Part shown: positions 52,193 to 64,000 of the stretch, piece by piece | Position numbering within the stretch: the stretch's first letter is position 1 | How the letters are laid out: the number at the start of each line of letters is the position of its first letter | Assembly: GCA_951406725.2 (NCBI GenBank) | Contig: OX597823.1 | Coordinates: 34,224,001-34,288,000, forward strand | Origin: Octopus vulgaris | Taxonomy: Eukaryota | Length of the DNA: 64,000 bases | Direction: 5' to 3' | The notes under the pieces: generated by a model | Databases searched by the model: none | The model's input: the letters and a program-made list of their open reading frames with translations, nothing else | Told to the model about the DNA's origin: nothing | Program-made: the position numbers and the translations under genes

Positions 52193-53355
52193 TAAATATT
52201 AAAGGAAATAAAAAAATACAATTGACATATAAATTTATTAACATTATAATATAATATAATTATACTAAAAAAAAGATATAATACAATATTATATAACAAA
52301 TAATTAAAACAAATGTATATCATACGATTTGTTTTGATTCATATCCACTTGTGAATTTATAAAAAATTCAAATTTATGTATATGAATCTTATCATGGTAA
52401 TATTTATCTAAAAAATAGAGAAAAATTTCATGTAAGGATTGCTAAATCATAAAATATTTGTTTGTTTGTTTGTTTGTTTGTTTGTTTGTGCCATTGTGTT
52501 ATTCCTACACTTCACATCAATGATTTACTCATATTTATCCAGTTACGTATGTAGACACACAGGTGTGTGTAGCTTCATAACTAATGCTCTCTCCCTGGAC
52601 AGGATTACATACCATATGGAGGAACAGTTCGTTGTTGTATACAATTCTCTCAGATGTAAATACATACCATGATGAGACGCTGCACTTCAATACTGTCCAC
52701 AGTTCACTTAAATGTCAAAGGTATTTCTTTCACTTTGTCTTTTAGTCAGGAGGAAAGGAAATTCCCATGATTTCTTGCAGAATTTCTGAGACCAGTGACA
52801 GGGATGGAGGAAAGTTTCCTCAAGCTGGAAATCTTGACCCAAGTACTTGCAACAGACTGGATTATTCTACAGATACTCATGGCACCAGGTGATGGTATTA
52901 AACTGGGCAATGGGTTAAGTCTACCACCCATGTAGTTCACGGCTGGACTTGAACTCGGAACACAAAGAGTTGGAACAAATAACACAAGGTAGTTATTTTG
53001 ATGCTCATACATTTCTACTGCCCTGGATACTGACAGCTTCTTTAAAAGGCAAAGTTGACTTTTACAGGGTTTGAACTCAGAGTGTAAAGCTTTAGAGTAA
53101 ACACCGCAAAGCAGTTTTTCTGATGCTCTAACAATTCTACCAATTCACCACCAACTCTGAGAAGATACAAATGAACTGTAGTGGTGCTGCATTCATCAAC
53201 ATCATCATTTATACTTTTCCATGCTGGCATGGCTCAGACGGAATTTTTCAAGGCAGATTTTCTATGACTGGATGCCCTTCCTATCTAGAAATGAAAGGAC
53301 GTTGCTTTTATGATGTTGGTGCTAGTTTTACAATTACTTTGCGATGTAAAGACAA

Positions 53356-53396
<41 letters not shown>

Positions 53397-55231
53397 CATG
53401 CACACGACAGGCTTCTTTCAGTTTCTATCTACCAGGATTATTGTAGAAGTTACTTACCCAAAGTGTCATAGAGTGGAACTGAACCCAAAACTATGTTGTT
53501 AGAAAGCAAAGTTCTTAACTACACCTGCAGCTGATTTTCAAGAGTATTTTGTCAGCTTGTTGTACCAAATTCCAGTCATCTAATAGTTTGGCACCTACCA
53601 GCAGGATCTGACACCAGTATATTCTCCCTCTGTATTCTTGATAAAACCTTCAGCATTATTACTGCAACTCAGTGATTGACTTGACATTTCTACTGTCCTA
53701 TTGTTGGGCAAGTCCCTTAACTCATTTCAGCCTCAAATGGAAGACAGGCATAACAATAAACAGTGATAAATATTTTATGTTCAGTTAAAAACCATCAGTT
53801 TTTCTAATATTCCCCCACTCTCCCTTCCCTATACCCCAGGTTTTTTTTTGTTTTTTTTTTTGTATCACTTAATCAAAAATTCATTTATCTTGTACAAACA
53901 TAATGAGCGTTCGATTTATTAACCTTTCCTAATCAGAAATTTTTATCTTTTAGTGATTCTTTGCATTCACTTCAAAGGAGTCGATAGCCATCCATACTTC
54001 AGAGGCCCATGGGAGGATTCTGACCCAGCACTGCAAACTAACAGCAAATGGTTCAATAATGCAGAGTAACTCATAATGAAGTGGTACTTTTAAAGTAACC
54101 AAGTAATGAGGACTGGATTGAGCACATTTATTAACAGGAAATCTTATAAATAAACAAAAGGAGTCCTAGCACTATAAGATGCCCTGTATTTCCATTTACT
54201 CGGCTACTTACAGTGGTAAGGTATTCCTCCTCATGGTACCTATTTACAAATAGGTTGAGTTAAGGTTCAGTAGCATTCTTGAAAATCATGATGTAGACCT
54301 GTTAACAACACAAGAATATCATAGGCCACCAGTTTTCTAACCTAACTAGTTCTAATAATGGTTTCAAATTTTAGCACATAGTGAGTAAATTTAAGGGAGG
54401 GAGCAAGTCCATTACACCAACCCCGGTACTCATCTGGTCCTTATTTTACTGACCCTGGAAGGATAAAAGTCAACTTCAATGAAATTCGAACTGAGAATAT
54501 ACATATTTCTTTATTGCCTAAAGGGGGCTAAACACAGAGGGAACAAACAAGGACAGACAAATAGATTAAGTTGATTATATCAACTCCTGTGTGTAACTGG
54601 TATTTATTTAATCGACCCTGAAAGGATGAAAGGCAAAGTCAACCTCGGCAGAAATTGAACTGAGAACATAACGGCAGACAAAATACCACTGAGCATTTCA
54701 CCCGGCATGCTAACGTTTCTGCCAGATGATCAAACTGAGAATATAAAGAGCTGGAATGGATGCTGCTAAGCCTTTTGCCTGACTTGTTAACCATTCTCCC
54801 AATGCACTTCCTTCATACCAGTCCATAATGATAGAGAGAACAGAAGGTAAGGCAGTTAATATTGATAGAAACATTGTTTTTATCTTAGACAAAGACTATC
54901 GTTCCAAGTAGAAATTGTATTGAGACTGAAGTAGACACATTAAATAATCAACTAATATATATATATATATGTATATATGTATATATATTGGCTTTCTTTG
55001 ACAATTATCGTTTTTTTTTTTAGATACTCATTATATATTAATGACCGTCTGACCAGCTAAGTGAAGTGACCAGTCAACAGCTGCTAGAGTTGGTTAAAAG
55101 TACACAAGGTGTATATACTATTGTGGCTCATGGAGCGGGTTTGCAGATATTAGAGTAGATGTTTTGTATTGGGTATGGAGAAAGAAAGGAACTGAATAAG
55201 AGCTATTGAATAAATGAATGATGAATGAATA

Positions 55232-55264
<33 letters not shown>

Positions 55265-55376
55265 TGTCTCTTTGAGTTACAGGAGAAGGCACTCTACTTG
55301 AAATCTTTGCTGATTTGTTATTGCCTGCTTTTGAGTAAAGAATAACCGGTAATTAAGAACTATCTGAAAGTCTTTC

Positions 55377-55417
<41 letters not shown>

Positions 55418-55437
55418 GATAATAATAATAATAATAA

Positions 55438-55712
55438 TAGCTTGGGAAGTTAAGCAGTTGTGGTTGATGAAAAAGGTGGTGATAGTACCAATAATTGTCA
55501 GAGCCCTGGGAACAGTGAGCAAAAATCTTGAGAAGTACTTGGAACAAATAGAGGCTGCAATAAGGGTGGAGCACTTGTAGAAAACAGCGCTGCTAGGGAC
55601 CGCTCGAATACTCCCGAAGGTGCTCGAAAAATAAGAGGTGTTACTTTAGTTCACTGGTAGTGAACAGCTAACACCGGAGTACATCTCCAGCGTTAGTAGC
55701 TGTGCAAATGCA
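55438..55712 (+). mobile_element. R4/Dong-type (RLE) LINE 3' end in (TAA)n, copy A
   Basis: IAWEVKQLWLMKKVVIVPIIVRALGTVSKNLEKYL..*KTALLGTARILPKVL; (TAA)n flanks. Confidence 0.8.
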
Positions 55713-55745
55713 ATGATGATGAGGATAATAATAATAATAATAATG

Positions 55746-55797
<52 letters not shown>

Positions 55798-55801
<4 letters not shown>

Positions 55802-56235
55802 GGGGAAAAAAACCAAGATTACAGATATTGCAATACCTGGGAATGCACACATAATTGACAAAGAACTAGAAAAGATGGAAAAGTACAGACTACTAAAAGA
55901 TGAAATTGCAAGAATGTGGACTATGGAAAGAGTATCTATCATTCCAGTAGTTATAGGGGCACTTGGAGCGCTAACAACCAAGTTCAAGAAATATGTCAAA
56001 GAAATCGGAAATGACATGAGAGCAGAGCAAGCCCAAAAAACTGCTCTGCTGGAGACAGCTAGGATTTTGAGATTGGTACTTGGATGTTGAATGTCTTCCA
56101 TGATAATTAACAACCAAGTATCAAAGCTTATAATGTGTGGAAAGAAACCCTGTGAGACCTCTGACAGCAGGCTGCTGTCTGCTCTCACTGAATCTAGCAG
56201 AATAAACAGGACCAAACATTCTGAAAAGTAAAGCA
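55798..56235 (+). mobile_element. R4/Dong-type LINE 3' end in (TAA)n, copy B
   Basis: ITDIAIPG..KELEKMEKY..L..EI.RMW..IIPVVIGALG..QKTALLETARILR, an RLE endonuclease C-terminus. Confidence 0.85.
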
Positions 56236-56267
56236 ACAACAACAACAACAATAATAATAATAATATG

Positions 56268-57890
56268 AAGTGAATAACACCAGGTATGGGTACATAATTT
56301 TTAACAATATGATAAACTATATTTTTTACATGGGCGATTTGAAGCTGTTTGCAAGGAATGACCAAGAACTAGTAGGGCTGCTAAGAACTGTTAAAGAGTT
56401 TAGCAATGACATCAGGATGGATTTTGACCTCAAAGAGTGTGCTAAAGCAACTTTTGTTAGAGGCAAACTCAGACAAACAGCTTCCATTAAATTAGATATT
56501 GGTGCTACCATCAAGGAACTTGACCTACAAGAAATTTATAAATACAAGAAAAAAATTAGGAAGAAGTGCTACAGAAGAATAAGACTGGTACTAAAAACTG
56601 AAATCATCTCTAAAAATCACATTGAAGCCATTAACAAACTGGCACTTCCAGTAGTCCAATACAGTTTTAACATCAATAACTGAAATCTTACAGAGCTTCA
56701 ATGCCTGGAGAGGAAGACAAGAAAATTATTGACATCTAAGAACATGCACCACCCAAAAGCAGACACTGACCATCTGTACCTACTGAGAAGTGGCGGGGCA
56801 AGAGGGAATATGTGATTAGAACTGTACTATATGACCTCCACTATAGGAATGAAGAGGTACTTATCTAGTACAGAGGACCGGATGCTGTGACTTGCGTGCA
56901 AACATGAAAGTAGCAAAAAGACACATTCTATTATAAAGTAAACTTATAAATTTGCAAACGATCTTGGCATTGACCCTGAATAAGATGAAGAACCTGAAAC
57001 CACTGCTACCCAGCAAGTAAAACGAATCAAGCAGAATGCAAAAAAGAACAGGCAAAAATGAATTGAGGAGCAGTGGAACCAGAAGCCCCTGCATGGACAG
57101 TATTTTCTTCAAAATCAAAATGCTGATGTAGACCAAGCAACAGCCCATCAGTGGTTGAGAAGTTCAGAACTGAAAGCAGAGACTGAAGGTTTCATATTGG
57201 CAGCACAAGATCAAAGCTTACTTAACAGAAACTACCAAACTAACATTCTTCAAAACGGTTCTGACCCTAAATGCAGATTCTGCAATACATTTGACAAAAC
57301 AATAGACCATTCCGTTTCAGGATGTCCTGTGCTGACACCAAATTAATACAAAAATCACCATGAAAGGGTATGACAATACTAAAATTGGAAAATAAGTAAA
57401 TGCTACAAATTGTGTAGTAACTTGTATGAACATCATCCTGAGCCAGGCATTGAAGGTAAAAGTGTCACCATACTTTGGCATTTTCCAGTCAATACTGACA
57501 GAATTATCCAGGCTAAGGCTAATCAACCAGACATAATTAGTTCTTAAAGACAGGGAAGAAAATACTTGTAGACTAATAGATGTAAGGTTTCCCACTGATA
57601 AAAATACATCTGTAAAGGAGTTTGACAAACTTAGTAAATATCAGAACCTGGAAACTGAAATACAAAAGATGTGGCATCTTAAAGCAAAAAACATTCCTAT
57701 TATTGCAGGTACCCTAGGTATGATAAAGAAAGGGATATCAGAAATATTTAGACAACATCCCAGGAGAACCATGTATCACAGAAATCTGAAAGAATGTGCT
57801 AACAAGTGCTGTCCATATCCTTAGAAAAACCCTATCAATCTAAATGTGTTGTATTGCATGGAGATATTTCACTACTATCCCTGCCACTTC
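56268..57890 (+). mobile_element. R4/Dong-type LINE, 5'-truncated and degenerate, copy C (RT end, CCHC knuckle, RLE)
   Basis: YMGDLKLFA (YMDD-like), LKAETEGFILAAQDQ, CRFC..TIDH..SGC, NQPDI..LIDV.FP..KEFDKLSKY, ILRKTLSI*. Confidence 0.9.
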
Positions 57891-57967
57891 CTCTCCCCAA
57901 GCTTTTAGGGGATGAGATGATTACATTAGCCCTAGTGTTTCACTGATACTTAATTTATATATATATA

Positions 57968-60503
57968 TCATCATCCTCCTCATCATCATCGTTTAACATC
58001 CGCTTTCCATGCTACCATGGGTTGGGGCGAACCAGATGGCTGCACCAGACTCCATTCTGATCAAGTAGAGTTACAACAGCTCGATACCCTTCCTAACGCC
58101 AACCACTCCGAGAGTGTAGTGGGTGCTTTTATGTGCCACCAGCATGGGGACCAGTCAGGTGGTACTGGCAACGACCTCACTCGAATGTTTTTACATGTGC
58201 CACTGGCACAAGTGCCAGTAAGGCGATGCTGGTAGTGATCACGCTTGAATGGTGCCTTTTACATGCCACTGGCACAGAAGCCAGTTAGCCGCTCTGGCAA
58301 CGATCACTCTCGTATGGTGCTCTTTGCACCCCGCAAGCACGGATGCCAGTCATTGAATTTGATTTTGATTTCACTTGCCTCAATAGGTCTTCACAATCAG
58401 AGTTCAGTGTCCAAAGAAAGAAAAGGTACGCATAAGTGGGCTGGTTACACCACTGGCATAGGCCATGAGGTTATGGTCTCAATTGGCTTGCCGGATCTTC
58501 TCAAGCACAGCATATTTCCAAAAGTCTCGGTCACTAGTCATTTCCTTGGTGAGGCCAAATGTTCGAAGGTCGTGCTTCACCACTTCATCCCAGATCTTCC
58601 TGGGTCTACCTCTTCCACAGGTTCCCTCAACCGTTAGGGTGTGGCACTTTTTCACTCAGCTATCCTCATCCATTCTCGCCACTTGACCATACCAGCACAA
58701 TCATCTCCCTTGCACACCACATCTGATGCTTCTTAGATCCAACTTTTCTCTCAAGGTACTTACACTCTGTCGAGTATGCACACTGACATTACACATCCAT
58801 TGGATCATACTGAGCTTACACATGTCCTCAGCAGTCACAGCCCATGTTTCACTACCATGTAGCATGGCTGTTCATATACATGCGTCATATGGTCTACCTT
58901 TTACTCTGAGTGAGAAGCCCTTTGTCACCAGCGGAGGTAAGAGCTCTCTGAACTTTGCCCAGGCTATTCTTATACTAGCAGCTACACTTTCAGTGCACCC
59001 TCCCCCACTACTGACTTGGCCACCTAGGTAACAGAAGCTATCAACTACTTCTAGTTTTTCTCCCTGGAATGTGGCGGAAGTTGTTCTCTGCGCATTTTCA
59101 GTGTTTATTGCTCCCGGACATCTGCCACATACAAAAACGATCTTCCCAGTTAGCCTTCCTTTGATATTACTGCACCGCTTATGTGTCCATAGCTTACACT
59201 GGGTACATCTTATAGAGTTTCTACCTATGCCTCTACTACAGATCGAGCAGGGCCATCTGCCTGAAGGGATTTGTGGTTTGCCTGCCCTCCTACTTACCAG
59301 GACTTTGGTTTTAGCTAGGTTGACTCTAAGGCCATTTGATTCTAATCCTTGTTTACACACATGAAACTTCTCCTCTAATTCTGATAGTGACTCAGCAATT
59401 AGAGCAAGGTCATCAGCATAGAGGAGCTCCCATGGGTATCCTGTCTTGAATTCCTCCGTTATTGCTTGGCGGACTATGATAAATAGGAGAAGGCTGAGGA
59501 CTGAACCTTGGTGGACCCCTATCTCTACCCTAAATTCTTCATCGTACTTGTTGCCAACCCTCACCTTATTGACAGCATCCCTGTATTTGCACAGCTCTCA
59601 CTAACCATTCATCTATCCCTACTTTCCTCATTGATCACCAGTTAAGGGATCGGGGGACCCTGTCAAAGGCTTTCTCCATGTCAACGAAAGCCAGGTACAG
59701 GGGCTTATCTTTGGCTAGGTATTTCTCCTGCAGCTGTCTTACCAGAAATATAGCATCAGTGGTGCTTTTCCCTGGCACAAAACCAAATTGCATCTCATCC
59801 AAACTGACTCTCTCCCTAATTAGTTAGGCTATGACCATCTCTGTAACCTTCATTACTTTATCCAACAGCTTGATATCTCTGTAATTATTTGTATCTAAAT
59901 CGTCACCTTTATCTTTGTAGCAGTTGACTATTATGCTGCTACACCAGTCATTGGTGTATCACCTGGTTAACTATACGGGTGACTAGACTATAGCCAACAC
60001 TGCCAGATATTTTGAGCATCTCTGCAGTAATTCCTGATGGACCGGGGGCTTTCTCTGTCTTCATACTTTTAATTACTTTATCTACCAAGGTACTGTCAAC
60101 TCGGATAGCTGGTCCCTCTGTTGGGTCGACATTTGGCAAACTCTCTTTCTCCCATTCATTTTCTTTATTCAGCAACCTTTCATAGTGACGTCTCCAAACC
60201 TCTCTCTTTGCAGCCTCATTTAGCACAAGTGAACCATCATCCATGCGAACACATTTCTCTCTTACAACATCACAATTCTCTCTCACACACTGTCTTAAAA
60301 CATGAAATACCTCAAGTCTTTGGTCCTCACGGCGCAGAACATTGGCAAGTTTTTTCTTATCTGCTTCCCCTCTGGCGAAATAAACCTGTCTCCTAGCTTC
60401 CCTTCTGACAGTCTGATACAGTTCCCTGCTACCACTGTTCTTCAAGTCCTTCCAAGCCTGTTTCTTTTCTCTAATAGCCCTGTCAACATTGTTCCACCAC
60501 CAC
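57968..60503 (-). mobile_element. RTE LINE, 5'-truncated, frameshifted; same family as 18331-20223
   Basis: ORFs 58872-59564 (GVHQGSVLS, YADD, PHD) and 59948-60547 (WWN..V..AI.EKK, KAPGPSGI.AE); VNTR-type 3' UTR and GAT tail. Confidence 0.92.
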
Positions 60504-61837
60504 ATTATATATATATAATATGAAGCCGATCTCAGTTCTGGTGGCACATAAAAAGCACCATTTGAGTGTGGTCAATGCCAGTGCCACCTGACTGGCTCCT
60601 GTGCCAGTGGCACATAATAAGCACCCACTACACTCTCCGTGTGTTTGGCGTTAGGAGGAGTATCCAGCTGTAGAAACCTTGCCAGAACAGATTGGAGCCT
60701 TGTGCAGCCTTCTGGCTTGCCAGTCCTCAGTCAAACCGTCCACCCCATGCCAGCATGGAAAGTGGACGTTAAACAATGATGATGATGATGATGATATACA
60801 TAATATATTGTTTTACTATTGAAAGATTAGGTAAAGAAAGTGTATTACATAAAAGATAATGTGTGTGTGTGCATGAAAGAGACCTTCACTCACTTACTCC
60901 CTTTCCCCACGCAAAAATGAAACGCAAAGGGAAAGTGATTTCTTTTTTTTTTCTGAAACACACAATACCATTTCAAATCTATTCAGCATTGTCACTTATT
61001 CTTTGCAAACTTGTTTGAATTTTCAGTTTTATGTAATCCACAGTCTTGAAAACGTATTTCTGCAAAATGTTATCTAAAAATATGGGAAAAGAAAGAAATA
61101 GCAAAAAAAAACAACTTTCCCCTTGAAAATGGAGTGGGGAGGGATTTTTCCAAGGGTTCCACTCTACCTCACCACACTTTTCTGGACAAAAAAAGTGTTT
61201 TGTGGCATATTAGGTCGTCACTCTAATTCATTCAACATAAAAAAAAGAAAAAAGAATTTCCAATGATTTCAGGATGGAGGGTCCAGTCCCCACCCTTTTT
61301 TGCTAACAAAAATAAGGGGTTTGTGGCACATTAGGAGGTCAGGGTACTTGATTCCATGCAAAAATCCAAGGTTTTTTTTCTTAGCAAAACTTGTGCAGAT
61401 GTACTTCTCAAAATTTACCAAAAGTTTTGGGTAGAAATTAAGTTGAATACCATGATCCCCCTGCTCGACAGGTACCTATTTCATTGACCCCAAAAGGATG
61501 AAAGGCAAAGTCAACCTCAGCAGAATTTGAACTGAGAACATAAAGACAGACGCAATGCCACTAAGCATTTTCCCCAGCATGCTAACAATTCTACCAGCTC
61601 ACTGCCTTAATAACAACAACAATACTAACAATCCTTTATATTATAAGCACAAGGCCTAAAATTTGGGTGTGGGGGGCACTAGTCGATCACATCAACCCCA
61701 GTGTATAAATGGTACTTTATTTTATTGACCCTGAAAGGATGAAAGGTAAAGTCAACCCTGGTGGAATTTGAATTCAGAACATAGTGACATGAAATACCAC
61801 TAAGCATGTTAACAATTCTGTCAGCTCATTGCCTTAA

Positions 61838-62192
61838 TAACAAGAGCACCCAGAGAGCGCAAACCTCCACCAAGGCAACACCAACGTCCTCTCAACGATT
61901 AGCCAGAGATGATTTTTAAAATGGGAATATCTGAAATAAACTCAACTGCTCTCACAAACCAGAATACTAAAAATGAACCCGACTGCTCTCAAAAATTAAG
62001 TAAAAAAACAAGAAAAATAATCCAGAATTGTTGTCCGGTACCAGATTGATCCCAAAGGCCAGTCATGCCAGTCATGAGGTCAAACATCCCTAAAAGTTTC
62101 ATCCAAATCAATCTAGTGGTTCTTGAGATATCTTGTCCATGGACAAACACAACTACAAACAATACCTCTGCCTTCGCTAAGGTAGAGATAAT
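61838..62192. mobile_element. Helentron-associated (HINE/DINE-like) non-autonomous element, tentative
   Basis: aacaagag start, ttcatccaaatc..gagatatc body, terminal hairpin ctctgcctt-cgct-aaggtagag, A/T-rich insertion site. Confidence 0.45.
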
Positions 62193-62894
62193 AATAATAA
62201 TAATAATAATAATGATTATTATTAGTTCTACTCTAGGTAGAAGGCCTTGAAAATTTTGTGGGGAATGGACTAGCTGATTATATCAATCCCAGTGTGTAAC
62301 TGATTCTTATTTCATCAATCCCGAAAGGATGAAAGGCAAAGTTGACCTCAGTGGAATTTGAACTCAAAATGTAGCAGCAGACGAAATACTGCTAAGCATT
62401 TCGCCCAGCTTGCTAATGATTCTGCCAGCTCATTGCCTTAATAACAACAACAACAATAATAATAAAAAAATATAGAATGTAATAATTTTGATAGCTTTGA
62501 GTTTTCAAAGACTCATGACAGTTATGAATTATAGTGATTGATTTGGTTTGCAGAGAAGAACTTTTCAAAACCTTATTCTGCTTAAATAGTCAGTGGAATT
62601 TCACATTTTAACAATATACCAGATCTTACCAGAAAAACAAAAAAAGTAAAAATTTAGATACAGGTATGGCTGTGTGGTTAAGAAACTTGCTTTGCAATGA
62701 TGAGGTTTCAAGTTCAGTCCCTTTATGTGGCACTTTGGACAAGTGTGTTCTACTTTGGTCCTGGGTTGACCAATGCCTTGTGAGTGAATTTGGTAGGCAG
62801 AAACTGAGTGGACATCCATTGTGTGTGTGTGTGTGCTTTTGTCTCACACACACTCTGCTTGACTTAGCAGTTTGGCAAAAGACAGTAACAGAAT

Positions 62895-63128
62895 AAGCAG
62901 CAGGTTTGTTCCAGGTTTCCATGGTGTGAGGCTGAGATCCCAATCTTCTTCCCCCTGAATGAGACACCTGTCTGTCACAGAGCGACCCATTTACAGCTGA
63001 GTGAACTGGAGCAAATATTAAATGGTGTTTGGTTCAAAGACACAATGCACCACCCTACCCAGGAATTGAAATCATGATCTCGTGATCATGAGTACAATAC
63101 CCTTAACCAGTGGGCCATGAGCTTTCAC
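62895..63128 (-). mobile_element. tRNA-derived SINE, family C (relative at ~12460-12680)
   Basis: Shared cagct.agtg.actgga....g.ga.at.aa.t...acacaa..cacc.cccaggaat..tgatcatgagt motif in both copies. Confidence 0.6.
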
Positions 63129-63641
63129 TGTGAAGAGCAAAGACATAAACAATATTTTACAGCAGAAGTTACATAAATCAACTAAATAATAATAATCCTT
63201 TCTATTATGGGGACAAGGCCTGGATTTTGTGGCGAGAGGGTCAGTCAATCACATTGATCCCAGTACTCAACTGGTACTTGATTTATCAACCCTAAAAGGA
63301 TGAAAGGCAAACTCAGTGGAATTTGAACACAGAACATGGTGACAGACGAAATACCGCTAAGCATTTCACCCGGCGTGCTAATGATTCTGCCGGTTTGCTG
63401 CCTTAATAACAATAATGATTATTTCAAATTTTTGCCACTAAGGCAGCTTGGGGTGGGGGTGGGGAGATAAATCAATTACACTGACCCCAGTGTTCAACTG
63501 GTACTTAATTTATCAACCCTGAAAGGATGAAAGGAAACGTTGACCTCGGTGGAATTTGAACTCAGAATGTAGCGATGGGCGAAATACTGCTAAGCATTTC
63601 GTCCTGCATGCTAATGGTTCTGCCAGCTTGACACCTTCACC

Positions 63642-63685
<44 letters not shown>

Positions 63686-64000
63686 CCTTTCTACTGAAGG
63701 CACAAGGCCTCGAATTTGGTGGGAGGGGTCTAGTTGATTACATTGACCCCAGTGTTTCACTGGTACTTAATTTATCGCCCCCGAAAAGCTGAAAGGCAAA
63801 GTCGACCTCGGTGGAATCTGAACACAGAATGTAGCAACGGGTGAAATACTGCTAAGCATTTAGCCCGGGGTGCTAACGATTCTGCCAGCTCACTGCCTTA
63901 ATAACAACAATAATAACAAAGTCAGTATTTATGAAATAACAAAGAAAACAACCATTTCTAAAATGATATAACATTTTTTATACAGAAAAATGTGGCAACA

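Larger units (their letters stand above)
61470..63900 (-). mobile_element. Cluster of ~6 same-orientation family B SINEs separated by (TAA/CAA)n (~61470-61610, 61630-61835, 62222-62440, 63195-63405, 63415-63640, 63684-63900)
   Basis: Repeated gaaaggatgaaaggcaaagtc.acctc..gaatttgaactcagaa..ctaagcattt..tctgccagctc.ctgcctta modules. Confidence 0.85.

Overview
AT-rich, microsatellite-saturated eukaryotic DNA; the repeat families look like those of Octopus/coleoid cephalopods (inference). One host gene is supported: a PITPNC1/rdgB-beta-type phosphatidylinositol transfer protein on the minus strand. Its first three coding exons (42356-42403, 4076-4224, 135-223) splice in frame via GT-AG sites across a ~38.1-kb intron 1 and a ~3.85-kb intron 2, and the gene continues past the left edge. 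The rest is mobile DNA: RTE-clade LINEs with a PHD finger inside the RT and a 62-bp VNTR in the 3' UTR, R4/Dong-type LINE ends stacked in (TAA)n, a mariner remnant, Tc1/maT fragments, TTAA MITEs, a Helentron-like element, many tRNA-derived SINEs and minisatellites. The most notable hidden structure is a set of unrelated short elements inside (TA)n tracts. Most are fold-backs whose arms carry outward-pointing type I hammerhead ribozyme motifs with palindromic stem III, and one non-fold-back element has an apparently intact hammerhead at 29699-29785. They resemble non-autonomous Penelope-like/retrozyme elements. Nearly all listed ORFs are microsatellite or repeat artefacts. Repeat boundaries and identities were judged by eye and are approximate.
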